Source: Negaprion brevirostris
Taxonomy: Eukaryota
Length of the DNA stretch: 64,000 nt
NCBI GenBank assembly: GCA_030324005.1
Contig: JARDVH010000084.1
Location: 67,394,630 to 67,458,629 of the forward strand
Direction: 5' to 3'
Shown: one piece after another, positions 11,996-24,465 of the stretch
How the letters are laid out: every line of letters starts with the position of its first letter
Position numbering within the stretch: the stretch's first letter is position 1
Made by a program: the position numbers and the translations under genes
The notes under the pieces: model-generated
The model's database searches: none
What the model was told of the DNA's origin: nothing
Seen by the model: only the letters and a program-made list of their open reading frames with translations

Positions 11996-13324
11996 AAAAG
12001 GAGCTGAGTGGCCCTGGCAGAACCCAAACTCAGCATTAGTGAGTGGGTTATTGTTGAGTAAGTGGTGCTTGAATGCAGTGTCGTGATTCCTTTTGTCACT
12101 TTACTAATGATTGGGAGTAGACTGATGGGTCAGTAATTTGCTGAGTTGAATTTGTCCTTTTTGTGTGCAGGACATAACCTGGGCAATTTTTACACATAGC
12201 TAGGTAGATGCCATGTCCTAGCTATACTGGAACAATTTGGTTAAACACACAGCTAGTTCAGGAGCACAAGTGGAATATTGTCAGAGCCTGTAGCCTTTGC
12301 AGTATCTTGTGTCTTCCGCCATTCCTGATATCACCTGGCGCGAATCAAATTTGCTAAAGACTGGCATCTGTGTTGCTGTGGAACTGGACAGGAGAATGAC
12401 ATGGATCATCCATTCATCCTTTTGAGTTGAAGGTTGTTGTAAATGCTTCAGTCTTGTCTTTTGCACTGATGTGCTGGGCTTCCAGTCATTGAGGATGGGG
12501 GTTTTTGTGGAGCCTCTTTTCCGTTTTTATCATTGTTCAACACCATTCATGTCTGGATGTGGCTAGACTGCTGATGTGTTGGTTGTGGGATTGCTTAGCT
12601 CTGCCGATTGCATGCTGCTTTCGAAGTTTGGCATGCAAATAGTCCTGTGTTTTTTTTAACCAGGTTGACACTTAATGTTTAGGTATGTCTGATGTTGCTC
12701 CTGACATGCTCTCCTGCACTCTTCATTGAACTTGGGTTGATGCCCCCAGCTTGGTGGTAATGGTAGAATGGGGACATGCCAGGCCATGAGGTTACAGATT
12801 GTGATTATATTAATTTCTGCTGCTGCCGATGGCACACAGCATCTCATGGATGTTCAGTTTTGAGTTACCTGATCTGTTTGAAATCTATCCCATTTAGCAC
12901 GGTGGTAATGTCAAACAATACGATGAGAGTATCCTCAATGTGCAGACAGGACTTTATTTCCACAGCGATTGGACAGTGCTCACTTCTAGCAATGCTGTCA
13001 TGGATAGATGCATCTGTGGCAGGTAGATTGGTGAGGATGAGATCAAGTGGGCTTTTCCTTCTTCTTTCCTCACCCAAACCCAGGCTTGCAGCTATGTTCT
13101 TCAGGACTTGATTAGCAATGGTGCTACCAAGTCATTCTTGGTGATAGACACCACACAGAGCACATTCTGCACCCTTGCCACTCTTGCTGCTTCCTCCAAG
13201 TGGTGTTCAGTGTGGAGGAGTACTGATTCATTAGCTGAGGGAGGGTGGTAGGTGGTATCAACAGGCGGATTTCTTGCCCATGTTTGACCGGATGCCATGT
13301 AACTTCATGGAGTCCAGAGTCATA

Positions 13325-14170
13325 CTGAATGTTTTACAGCACTGAAAGGGACCATTTGGCCCATCTTGTCTGCACCAGCCTTTAAACATTCATCTATTGT
13401 GATCCTATTTTCCTGCACTTGGTCTGTAGCTTGACATTGAAATGTTGAGGGTTCCTGGCTCTGCAGGCAGTGAGTTCCAGATTCCAACCATCCTTTGGGT
13501 GAAAAAGACCCCCTCTAAATCTCCTCCTGATCAGTGCCGCCCGTTATTAATCCCTAAAGGGAAATGTTTATTCATATCACTCCTTTCTAATTTTGTGCAC
13601 CTCAGTCAGGACCTCTTCAGCTTTCTCTGTCTTGGCTTTAAGTTAAACAACCCCAGTCTGGCTGAGCCTCTCTTCATAGCTAAAATACTCCAGCCCAGAC
13701 AGCATCCTGGTGAATCTCCTCAGCACTCCCTTCGGTGAAATCACATCCACCCTATAATGTGGTGACCGGAATTGCACACAGTACTCTGGCCATGGCTGAA
13801 AGAATATTTTATACAGCCCCATCATAACCCCCGCTCTTGTGTTCCATGCCTCGGCTAACAAAGGCAAGTATCCCATATGCCTGTTAAACCACTTTATTTA
13901 CCTGTCCTGCTGCCTTTGGGGATCCTTGGACTTGCACCCCAAGCTCCCTCTGGTCCCCTGTATTTCCTGGCATCCTATTGTTCATTGTGAATTTCCTCCC
14001 AAAATGCATCACTGTAGACTTTTCCGGGTTAAATTCCATTTGCTGCTGTTCTGCACATCCACCTGCCTCTATTGTCCTGTAATTTAAGGCTTTTCTCCTC
14101 ACATCACCAATTTTTGTCATCTGCAAACTTACTGATCATACCTCCCGCATTGTTGTCCAGATCATTAATA
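13325..14170 (-). mobile_element. CR1 LINE 3' portion
   Basis: Minus-strand ORFs: QMEFNPEKSTVMHFGR, ERELGVQV-like, EYCVQFRSPHYR and RRFTRML. Confidence 0.85.
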
Positions 14171-14399
14171 TCATGTTGAGCTCTGTCTTGACTGCATACC
14201 ACTGTGCTGCCATCGTTGATGGGTCTGTCCAAGGATGGGGATGGTGGTGCCTGGGGCATTTTCTGTAAGGTATGACTATGTCAAGCTGTTACTGACTTGA
14301 TAGCTTTCACATTCTGGCACAACCTCTAGATGTTAGTAAGGAGGATTTTGCAGGGCTGGGTTTGCTATCTGATGCTTCTGATTTCATTCCTTTTTTGTA

Positions 14400-14685
14400 G
14401 ACTTTCTAGTGGTTTTGATATAACTGAATGAATTGTCAGGCTATTTAAAAGTCCACCACATTGCTGTTGGTCTCAAGTCATGAATAGGCCAGATCAGTTA
14501 CATATAGCAGATTTCCTTCTCTGAAAGACATCAGATGAAGCAGATGGATTTTTATGATAATTTACTAATAAATTTGGGATTAAAAAGTTAACTGAATTTG
14601 AAGTCCACCAGCGTTGTGGTGGGATTAGAACCTGTGTCCTCAGAGCATTAGTCCGGGCCCCTGGATTTCTAGTGCAGTATTTAAC
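14400..14685 (-). mobile_element. tRNA-derived SINE (same family as 61055-61455)
   Basis: Reverse complement of ...ccatctgcttcatctgatgtctttcagagaaggaaatctgc with a tRNA-like head. Confidence 0.6.
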
Positions 14686-15464
14686 CAATTTCTGTTAGAA
14701 AGTTACTACTGAAAGCTTCCACCATCCTTACAGGCTGTGCATTCAGGATCATAACTCACTGCTTTATAACAAAACTAATTTTCCTCATCCCCCTTCTGGT
14801 TTCTTCCACTTATCACCTTTAAATCTGTCTTTTTGATGCATTGTACAGATTTGAAAACTATTTAACTCCCTTTCTGTGTGTGTTGTGGATGGACTGGCTC
14901 GTCAGGGGCAGTCCCAAAAACTCCAGTCAGCCATCAATAAGAGCAATAATCTGGCCCATGTTCACCNNNNNNNNNNCCAATCTGATGTCGTCACCTCAGA
15001 TAAAGCTGTCAATCAATGATTCATGATCTTGGTAGTTTGATACTTGGACATGTGCCAACTGTTTTGAACACTATGTCAGAGCAAAAGAAACATTCCCTTC
15101 TGTTCGTTCACTCAGCTGTCATTCATAATCAGTTGCAGAAAAAAATCTGTCCCCAGTTTAATAATAACTAATAATTGGAAAGCCAACAAAGATGTACTAA
15201 AACAGGTGCAGCCCTGGGTCTCTGCACTTGATTAATATTAGCATATTAAAACCATCTTTTATTTCAATTGGATCCCTGGTGAGAATTGCATATCCATGAA
15301 AGGAAAACCTGTCTAGGTTACATTAGACAGGCTGGCCATTTTTTTTGTCTGAATACAGTGTTATTCATCCCTCGTTCTATAACTAGCAGTAAGGAATTTA
15401 AATGAATAATGCAGGCACTAATGTCAGGCTTGCAGAAGTGTCAATGGTGTAGCAAATATGCAAA

Positions 15465-15810
15465 CTAGGAACAGGAGTAGGCCACTGCTCCGTCATTCAA
15501 CAAGACCGTGAATGATCTCATTGTAACCTTCACTCCACAAACCTGCCTACCCCCGATAACAGTGGGCGAAAGGTTAATGAAGAATCTATCTCGCTATGTC
15601 TAAAAATATTTAAAGACTCTGCTTCCACTGCTTTTGAGAGTTCCAGAGACTCTCAATCGTCTGAGAAGAAACAATTTCTCCTGTTAAGTGAAATCTAAAC
15701 ATAGTATGTTCACTGGTTCCCCTTTATCCACAGCACATGTGACTCCTTCAAAGAACTCCAATAAATTGGTTAAACATGATTTTCTTTTCTGATTGCCTTG
15801 ACTTTTTTCC
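15465..15810 (-). mobile_element. Old CR1 3' fragments
   Basis: ctaggaacaggagtaggcca CR1 tail in reverse orientation, plus an RT-derived aaacatgattt segment. Confidence 0.6.
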
Positions 15811-16656
15811 CATGTCACCCTGGCTTAATTGACAGCAAATGTGTGGTTTGGTCAAATTGTGATGGGTTTGATCTAAAAATATGTTGGCCAACACTCCACT
15901 GCATCATGGATGGAGTATTGTGTTGTTAGAGCTAGTGCTCTGTCCAGTTATATAGAGATCCAATACAGGCTGAGCCAAGAACTACTAAGATTGTCCCTGG
16001 TCTTTGAGCACCTAATTGTCAGGATAAGATGTTGGAACTACTTTTGTTACTGAAGTACAAACTTTGATGGGATATGGTTGAGTTGTTTAAAATGAAGGAG
16101 AGCGAGTCTTTCCAGTTAGATGATTTATTTGAGATAAACAGGGATTGTTGGATTGTGACCTGGTGTCAAATTTTGTACAATTACTGAGGTTAGTTTTCAG
16201 GAGATAGATCTCTGAAAAGAGAAATCATTCCCCAGATCAGTTCACCTATGTATTCATTCCCTGGAGTCTTTCAGCAGGGACCTAGACAATTTCTTGAAGG
16301 AAATGCAAACTTCCAATTGTATTGGGTAGGATTTGGAGGATCGATGCGTTGCTGTGGTAGCACCTTGGAGATTTGCACAAGTTCTCTCAGCAATTACAAG
16401 ATGAATTTTCGGGTTTTTCCAAAATTGACTGTAGGTTTTTTTTTCTGTTTTGTTTTTTTCATGTTCCCATTCCAGGAGATTATGTGACTTAAGGATGGAT
16501 CGCTAGCGCATGTAGCTCAGGTCTAGTTAGGGCATGCTTGATGCATCTGAGCTTTGTGCCCCTTTTTATATAGTTATGCTTCTGTTCTTCTTGTTTTACC
16601 AATACTATAAAGAAAAGTGATGATGCTAGCTGGATTTGAATGCTATAATTTTCATT

Positions 16657-16866
16657 GTAAGTAGTCTCACAACATCAGGTTGAAGTCCAACAGGTTTAGT
16701 TGGAATCACAATCTTGTGCACTGCTGCTTATTCATCAGGATTCACCTGACGAAAGAGCAGTGCTCAGAAAGCTCATGATTCCAACTGAACCTGTTGGCTT
16801 TCGACTGGTGTTGTGAGACTTCTTACTGTGCCCCACCCCAGTCCAACACCGACTTCTCCACTCATC
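16657..16866. mobile_element. Palindromic Penelope-derived element (two head-to-head termini)
   Basis: Left arm gtaagtagtctcacaacatcagg...ttggaatca pairs with right arm tgattccaac...ggtgttgtgagacttcttac; hammerhead-like CTGACGA...GAAA at 16746-16770. Confidence 0.75.
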
Positions 16867-16888
16867 ATTCTCTTATTTTTATTTTCAG

Positions 16889-16970
16889 TACACTGAGATG
16901 ATGGCTTTGGACGTTGCAGATAGTGCAGAAGTATATACGGCATTTCTGGTATTCCTTGATCTTTTGGAAG
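16889..16970 (+). CDS. TSEN15: TSEN15 internal coding exon (exon 2 equivalent): YTEMMALDVADSAEVYTAFLVFLDLLE
   Basis: Polypyrimidine tract plus CAG acceptor (ttattttcag|TAC) and GAAG|gtaaga donor; 82 nt, phase 0 to 1. The translation aligns with human TSEN15 [27 protein letters not shown] (recalled sequence). Confidence 0.95.
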
Positions 16971-17689
16971 GTAAGATAATGTATCTGGAATTTCTTGTCA
17001 TTTTTCAGGTAGTTTTCAAGGTAATTAGTGTGCAATTAATTATCTGCCTTTGCACTTATTTTCTCCCTTTCTTTTATCTTCCTCATATTCTGAGAGCACT
17101 GAATCTTCCTGACCTGCTCTTCAAGCATGGCTGGCTGCTGACAAGCCATTCTTGACACGAGGGTTAGCAGGGTGTATATGGTCATTTGACCATAGGGAGC
17201 ATAACATTTTCAGAGCAACACTAACCACAAAGGTAACAACAAAGTGGAGGCAGGAAAGGAAGAGGATGGAGACTGGAGTTGAAGGACCAATTATCTGTTG
17301 GCTAACCAGATTTGTTACTGTATCCAGTCTGGAATATAGAAGTGATAACTTTCTGTGGAGAGAGAACAGAGGTAACGTTTTGAGTCTGGATGACTCTTTG
17401 TCAGAGTTAATAGCTTACTCAACTACTGAGGTGCAGAATGACACTTTCTGTACTCCTCTCAACAATTCATATAATCCTACCTTCGGAAGGATACCTATCA
17501 TTTTTATTTTTTCACACATCAGCTGTGGGTGATATTTTTAATTACTTCCTAATTGTTGCACAGTTCAATGCTGTTGACATGTCATCATTGGGAAGATGAT
17601 TGATATGGAAACCTTATATCTGAGAGACTGGAATCTTGTTCCATTGCTTTGGAGCTCCTGGTGATGAAGTATTATTATTCTGAGCCACA

Positions 17690-17940
17690 AATAAATATTT
17701 TGGGGAACAGGAAAACCTAGCAAGGTAGTGACACGCCACCTCCTGCTTCTCCCATCGACACAACGCTTCAAAAAATTCCATCTATGAACAGCCACATAGG
17801 AAATAATAGAAGGGGTGGCCAAAAGCTTGGTCATCAGGTGGAATTTAAGAAGGGCCATGAAGGAAGCGAAGGAACAGCAATGCGAAGAATTTCAGAGAAG
17901 CATTCCGAAGCATTGGACCTAGATGGCTGCATTCCCAGGG
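17690..17940 (-). mobile_element. L2-type LINE 3' end, old
   Basis: ggccaaaagcttggtcatcaggtggaatttaagaaggg is the reverse of the L2-like tails at 31840 and 41000. Confidence 0.5.
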
Positions 17941-18079
17941 TGCGGGGATTGTATAGAAAAAACTATAATTTAAATTTATAAATGTTGTGCTATGAAATAA
18001 TATTTAATAACATTCTGCAAATTTGCTGATGGTTAACAATCCATAATTGGAGAGGTTGGTAAGTCTGTGATGTTTCTTC

Positions 18080-19170
18080 AATTCCCTTTATGGGACGTGA
18101 ACATCGCTGGCAAGGCCAGCATTTATTACCCATTTCTAATTTCTCTTGAGAGGTGAACTGCCTTCTTGAACTGTTGCAGTCTGTGCGATGTAGATTTATA
18201 AATCCACCCACAGTGCTGTTGCGTAGGGGGGAAGAAGGGATCAATTCCAGGATTTTGACCCAGCGAAGGAATGGTGATATACTTCCAAGTCAGGATGGTG
18301 AGTGACTTGGAGACGAACTTTCAGACAATGATGTTCCCATGTGTCTACTGCCCTTGTTCACCTAGATGGTTGTGTTTGTGGGATTGGAAGGTGCTGTCCA
18401 AGGAAACTTGGCAAGTTCCTGCAGTGCATTTTGTAGATGGTACACAATGCTGTCATTGTTCGATGATGGTAGGATTGATTGGCACCCCTTCCACAAACAA
18501 TCAAGTGGCCTGCTTTTTCCTCGATAGTGTTGAACTTTGAGTGTTGTTGGAGCTGCACTCATTCAAGCAAGTGGTGAATATTCCATCACACTCCTGGCTG
18601 TGTCTTGCAGATGGTGGACAGATTTTGGAGAGTCAGCAAGTGAATTACTTGCCACAAGATTCTTAGTCTCTGTCCTGCTATTATAACCACAGTATTTAAA
18701 TGGCTAGTCAAGTTCAGTTTCTGGTCAGTGAAACCAGATGTTGATTGTGGAGGATTCAGTGATGATAGAGTCATGGAATGATGGTCAGTTTCTCTTGTTG
18801 GAGATGGCTTGGACTTTGTGTGTTGCAAGTGATCCTTGCTACATGCCAGCCCAAGCATGGATATTGTCCATGTTTTGGTGCATTTGGAAATGGACTGCTT
18901 CAGTATCTGACTGAGGAGTTATGAATGGTGCTGAATAATGTTGATGAAGCAACCAAAGTGGCTGGGTCAAGAACACTAACCTGAGGAACTCCTGCAGTGA
19001 TGCCTTGGAACTGAGATGAAGGATCTCCAATCATCAGAACCATTTTCCTTTTGTGCCAGTTATGACTCCAACCAGTGGAGAATTTTCCTTCTGACTTCCG
19101 CTGATTCCAGTCCTGGTTTACCCACTCATATGCTGCCTTGATGTCAAAAGCCTCCACTTTTGCCTCGCTA
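18080..19170 (-). mobile_element. LINE family B RT and 3' end
   Basis: Minus-strand ORFs: AFDIKAAY..., ITAGVPQVSVLDP and MSAAPTTLK; the 3' tail is at about 18080. Confidence 0.8.
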
Positions 19171-19299
19171 CTACAAATTCTAGCTAAGGATAGTTTTTCT
19201 GTTCACAAATTACTTTATAAAATGTTTTCAGATCTGTTTGAGTACCAGATTTGACAAAATGTGGCAGCTATCCATATCTGGCTCAACGTCAGAGATAAA

Positions 19300-19990
19300 C
19301 AAAATGCAAAGTATTGCAAACCTGAAACAGTAGTAGGAAATGCTGGAAATATTCAACAGGTAAGTCAGCAACAGTGGTGAGAGGAATAGTGGATGTTTCA
19401 AATGTGCACACTTTATCACAACTGGATGAATCGCTAATAAATTGAACAAAGGAAGACGAGAACATGTACCAATATACACAGAAGATCAGCCTGTAATATG
19501 CATGACTGACAAAGGGATAATGATCAAAGTACAGAAATTATATTAACTTGAGATAATAGGCACAATAAAATAAATCAAAGCTTTTAGAGGATGGAGAACG
19601 TGGGCAGATGAGGTAGGTGGGTTTGGAAGCAATAAAAACTGCAATTTGGGAAAAGCTTTATTGGGAGAAGGAAAGAAAAGCATGCTGGCACTAAGGGCAC
19701 TGACCAGCATTATATTCAAATAGAGGGCCCCTACCCCCCCAACTACCACGCTTGCTCAAACTCAGGTACACTGACACATCCAACTGCTGAAGTGGAAGTG
19801 GTTGTCATTGTTGAGGTCTGAATATTAAGATTAGAGGGTTGAAAATTGAAAGATAAGGCATAGTTCCTTGATCTTGCATGCACCTTCATTGAAGCAATTT
19901 AATGGTTATAGTGGGAGTGAGATGAGGAATTGAAATGGTTAGTGACAGGGAGGGAGTTCCGGATATTCAGATCATTGCATGTGCGAGCTG
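19300..19990 (-). mobile_element. Penelope-like element remnant with GIY-YIG C-terminal region
   Basis: The minus strand at 19820-19960 reads LPVTNHFNSSSHSH...CFNEGACKIKELCLIF, like the Penelope endonuclease pattern PVA.HFN...H...RK..E..LIF. The same family terminus (aaatgctggaaatattcaacagg) lies at about 19340. Confidence 0.6.
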
Positions 19991-21074
19991 TGAATTGGGT
20001 ATGCTGACTTCCTATCCTGAATTCTCAATAGATCTTCTCATGCATGAAGCTACACCCTTCAAACATGAAATTGTAACTATTTACGTTATTTCATACCTTG
20101 TCTACCATTACCTGGCCCCACCCCAAAATGCTCCAAATTCAAGACCGGGGATCTTGATGCCAATTGTAACAGTCCTCCTGAGATTGGACTACAGATCATA
20201 GAACTAGAATGGAAATGAGGATTTCCTGGCCAGTTTAGTCTTATAACTAAATCATCAGTGGCCAGGAGATGAGATTGAGCAGCATTNNNNNNNNNNNNNN
20301 NNNNNNNNNNNNNNNNNNNNNNNNNNNNNNNNNNNNNNNNNNNNNNNNNNNNNNNNNNNNNNNNNNNNNNNNNNNNNNNNNNNNNNTGAGATTGAGCAGC
20401 ATTTTTCATTTATTGAGAGCATAATAGGGAATTCCAAGAGTAAAATAATTTTCTAAAGGCTAGGAGGAGCTATGCAAGGATGCTGTATAGAACTCTGTTT
20501 TGTGATCAGTCTACAAATGTTTTGAGGATAGAACAATGTTATACAGGGCATTCTTGGACCATGATAGGTATCAGTATTCAGCATTCATCCCGATGAAAGT
20601 CAGATATGATCTGTTTGTCTTTGAATTTTTCCATGTTGAATTTTGCATATTTAAACTGTTGAAATGCAAATGTTGGTCCGTATGAAAGGTCTGTTCAATG
20701 GAGATTGCCTTGTATGTCTAACTTTACTCTTTTGAAGCCATTTGCACTGAACCACATCAGCACATTTAGCATGTATGCACAAAATGTGTAACATACTTCT
20801 TAAATTCCATGCAGAAGCTTTGCTGAAATGATCTGGTTGAAAGACCCAGACACTCTGATACACTCAAAGTACAATATATAAAAAAAGTTTATTAGATTGG
20901 CACCACTTCAAGTCAGCAGAACATTAAACTACCTACTGGAGTACAAATGAGAGAACGTCATGGTCAGACTGCAGTGCTCTTGTCAGACATCGTGTTTATG
21001 GAGATGTAAGAGCACTGAAGTGCAGAGATCAACCACAAGGCTTTTTCTAATCTTCCAGCACTGTAATAGTAAGC

Positions 21075-21400
21075 GGCACTGAGGTGATGCTGCACTGTCA
21101 GTGGTGCTTACTTTTGAATGAGGTGATAAACTGGGACACTGTCATCCTGCTCAGGTGGAAGTAAAGGATCTTATGATGCTATTCAAAGAAAAACAAGGTA
21201 TCCTCACCAGTATTTATCCCTCAACTACTATCACTGAAATAGGTGACCTGATCATTTCTTTAATTGTTGTCTTCAGAGTATGATTTCAAATTGGGTGTTT
21301 TGTTTCCTACATGATTAATGTATTTCATTAGTTATGAAGTGCATTGAACTGTCCTACAGTTGTCAGACATTATGTACATCCTAGTCATTTTCTTCTTTAT
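21075..21400 (+). mobile_element. DeuSINE-like element
   Basis: actgaggtgatgctgcactgtcag...ctcaggtggaagtaaaggatc...ccagtatttatccctcaac. Confidence 0.65.
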
Positions 21401-21486
21401 GTGGCAGACTGGACTTTATCAGCCTGCACAAAAAGTATTCGAGAGCTGATTTTATGGAGCTATATAATATTGTTCATCTGGAACTG

Positions 21487-21950
21487 GAAGGGTGCAGAGG
21501 AGGTTTACGAGGATGTTGTCTGGTATGATGGGAAGGTCTTATGAGGAAAGGCTGAGGGACTTGAGGTTGTTTTCGTTAGAAAGGAGAAGGTTGAGAGGTG
21601 ACCTCACTGAGGCATACAAGATGATCAGAGGGTTAGATAGGGTGGATAGTGAGAGCCTTTTTTCCCCGGAAGGTGACGGCTAACACGAGGGGACATAGCT
21701 TTAAATTAAGGGGTGGTAACTTATAGGACGGATGTCAGAGGTAGGTTCTTTACTCAGAGGGTAGTAAGGGCGTGGAATGCCCTGCCTGCAGCAGTTGTGG
21801 ACTCGCCAACTTTAAGGACGTTCAAATGGTCAGTGGATAGGCATATGGATAACTTTGGAATAGTTTAGGTTAGAGGATCATTAGATTGGCTCCACTGGAC
21901 GGCGCAACATCAAGGGCCGAAGGGCCTGTACTGCGCTGTAATGTTCTATG
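21487..21950 (+). mobile_element. Young 5'-truncated CR1/HER1-type LINE
   Basis: VQRRFTRMLSGMMGRSYEERLRDLRLFSLERRRLRGDLTEAYKMIRGLDRV followed by the standard tail. Confidence 0.92.
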
Positions 21951-23149
21951 ATCTTCCACAATAACCCAGGGGAGAAAGTCAAGGATTCAAATTTTAGGAA
22001 CCAGTTTCATGAAGTTCTTGACAAGCAGCGTGATCGATACTTGGAATGGACTTCTGGGCAGAGTGACAGATCTCTGGAATTATTTAAGATGAATGCAGGA
22101 ATTAGGGAAATGTGGGATAGTATTAGATGAATGAATTAAGATGGTCCAATGATATTTCTCATCCGTAAATCTGTTGTGGTGATCTTTTGCAGAAGCATCC
22201 AGCAAATATTTGTTTGGTGTAACCATCTATCTTGGCGTCTTAGGTGGAAATGTCTGATAGTTTTCCTCCCTATTCAACTGAGGGAGAAATTGCATCCATT
22301 AACCCTTGTTAAGTTTATCTTAGGAGGCGGAAGGGGAGGCGATGTGACTATTCTATCTAATTGAATTCTGATCATTACAACATGTGTTGCCATTTTAGAG
22401 TTGAGTGTTTGTCACCTGCAGCACATGGCACCCTGATATAGCTGAAGTAATCAGGGGAAATGAGCAAACAACTTTGAGAGAATTGATTTTGATATTGAAT
22501 TGGTTCAGAATCATTTGCATTGCTATCTTTTCACAACTATTAGACCGAAATGGCAGGGTTTCAGTGCTCACAGTTGTGTGACATTCTTCTGTTGGAAGCA
22601 GCATTTAACACTGCACAGTTTTTGAGTGACAAGAAACACTTTCGCAGCCATATTATTATCTTTTGTGTTTGGTATTTTTATGACACTGTAATCCTTCTGT
22701 TCTCCTGTACATTAGAATCTGCTCTATCTTGAATGCTCTTTGCAAAGTACTGAAGTTGTCAATCTTTCTAACCACTACAACCTTCATGGAAAATGTTTGA
22801 ATGTAACATGAAGCCTTAAGAAAATAAGGTGTGCTTGTCTGGGCTTTGTCACAGCAAGAACCACTTTTGCCTGAGCTGACTAAAATAGAAGGCCTAACAC
22901 CACTTGATAATGCTTATGTCCTTAGTTCCAAAATGACTGTTACGAATTTGTTGTTTTTTACATTTAGCATTGCTTGCTGTGTGTAAACCCAATGAAAAAG
23001 TGTTGTGAGCAGGAGCACCAAAATCCCTGTGTGTTTCTTATAAAGACTGTAATGGTGTAGCATCAAAATGTTCCCCCTCAAGTCTTCTCCATAATCAAAT
23101 TGCTGAATAAATCCTGAAAGTAGTGAGTCAAAGACAACGAAGATGCAAA

Positions 23150-23590
23150 TTGGCAATACTTAGAAGGACAAATTAAGGGGCGGGCTGGTTAAACTTGGAT
23201 TGCATGGCCCCTTAAGTTGGGCAGGGGAAGAGGGGTTACGGAGCAGGTGGCTGATCTGAGCAAAGTGTTTAAAATGTTAAGATTTGATTAAGTGAGTACA
23301 GGGAAGCAGTTTGCTTGGGTGGGGTGGAGGGAGAGGAATGGAAAATAGAATGAGGGACACGATCTTAAAAATAGAGCCAGTCAGTTTGAGGGAAATCAGA
23401 AAACAATTTATCACGCAGAGGGTACTGCAAATTTTCTCCCCGTGCTACGGATGCTGGGTTAGTTGAAGCTTGCAGGACTAAGCTTAATAGGTTGATGGGT
23501 GTGACTATCAGGAGATACGAAGGTAAGGAGCATAATTGGAACTGATGCGCAAATCAGCCATGATTTAGTTGAATTGGGGAGCGCCTTCAC
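23150..23590 (+). mobile_element. Old CR1 3' portion
   Basis: gagggacacgatcttaaaaatagagcc...atcagccatgatttagttgaattgg. Confidence 0.6.
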
Positions 23591-23599
23591 AATCTCAGA

Positions 23600-23915
23600 A
23601 TTGTTCCAGTGCAGAAAAAGGCCATTTGGCCCATCAAACCTGCAACGATGACAATCCCACCCAGTTCCTATTCTGCAACCCCACATAGTTTTCCTTGCCC
23701 TAACTTGTCGCTGTAACACTAAGGAGGAATGTATCATGGCCAATCAATCTAACTTGCACATTTTTGGACTTTGGAAGGAAAGCGAAGCATCCAGAGGAAA
23801 CCCACTCAGATACAGGAAGAATGTGAAAACTCCACGCAAACGGTGACCCCAGGCTAGACTTGAACCTGGATTGCTGGTGCTATGAGGCAACAGTGCTAAC
23901 AAGTGTGTCACCCCA
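23600..23915 (-). mobile_element. HE1-type V-SINE
   Basis: Reverse-complement V-domain and head. Confidence 0.8.
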
Positions 23916-24329
23916 AATGTAGTTTGGAATATGATTTTCAAATCTGAATCTTGTAATCACTTAATATTTTAATTTTTCTCCTGACCAGTATTCTTTTCCC
24001 TTTGATGCAATTGTTGATGAGAGCAGAATTGTCTATACTTAGCACAAAACTGATATTCTTGTTTGGAGGTGCAGAGGCAATAGTTGTTTGAAATGGAAAA
24101 GATGTAAGTAGCAAATTAAACATGAGGTTTTTCCAAGGTTGAACTTGATCACCACATTAAAGGTAAATAGAATGAGATACATCTTGCAGCTGGCTTTGAT
24201 GCTGACATTACTTACCAAATGTAGAAAATTATTGTTCTCATATTTCCCTTTTATGCAAAGGTTTCATTCTGAGGAACAGGTGATTGCTATCTTTGTTTTT
24301 AAGCTAACCCATCTCTTGTGCTTTTGAAG

Positions 24330-24465
24330 CCAGGAACTGGAAAGATGTGACGTACAAGGGATCAGAAGAGCTTCAGTTGATCTATCTACAGGGTTGCCCA
24401 GGAGAGCAAGAGGAAATGGAAGTGGTAGTGCCAATGCCAGTTCATATGACATTGAGTCATGAAAG
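24330..24465 (+). CDS. TSEN15: TSEN15 internal coding exon (exon 3 equivalent): (A)RNWKDVTYKGSEELQLIYLQGCPGEQEEMEVVVPMPVHMTLSHE(R)
   Basis: Branch-like gctaac at about 24303, AAG acceptor and AAAG|gtgagg donor; 136 nt, phase 1 to 2, in frame with both flanking exons. Matches human [22 protein letters not shown]...VVPTPITASLSHNR. Confidence 0.95.

Larger units (their letters stand above)
10600..13320 (-). mobile_element. LINE family B (CR1/L2-group-like; EN and RT remnants), interrupted by younger insertions
   Basis: Minus-strand ORFs give LDLILTNLPATDASIHDSIARSEHC (APE endonuclease end), TTYHPPSANESVL and FNEECRRACQEQHQTYL; the 3' tail lies near 10600. Confidence 0.8.

Noticed and set aside
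1-16888. TSEN15 exon 1 (expected to end ...HPK|gt) and its promoter
   Set aside because: No matching exon or CpG island seen. cacccaaag at about 6549 lacks an in-phase donor and lies in Gypsy debris. The exon is probably upstream or in the 9303-10233 gap.
16898-17155. 85-aa ORF with a hydrophobic C-terminus
   Set aside because: It is TSEN15 exon 2 read through the GT donor into the intron.
20270-20405. Short direct repeats flanking gaps (also 24813-24975, 32443-32600, 53945-53975, 58933-58957)
   Set aside because: Identical sequence on both sides of 10-N or 100-N gaps is typical of unmerged contig overlaps in draft assemblies.
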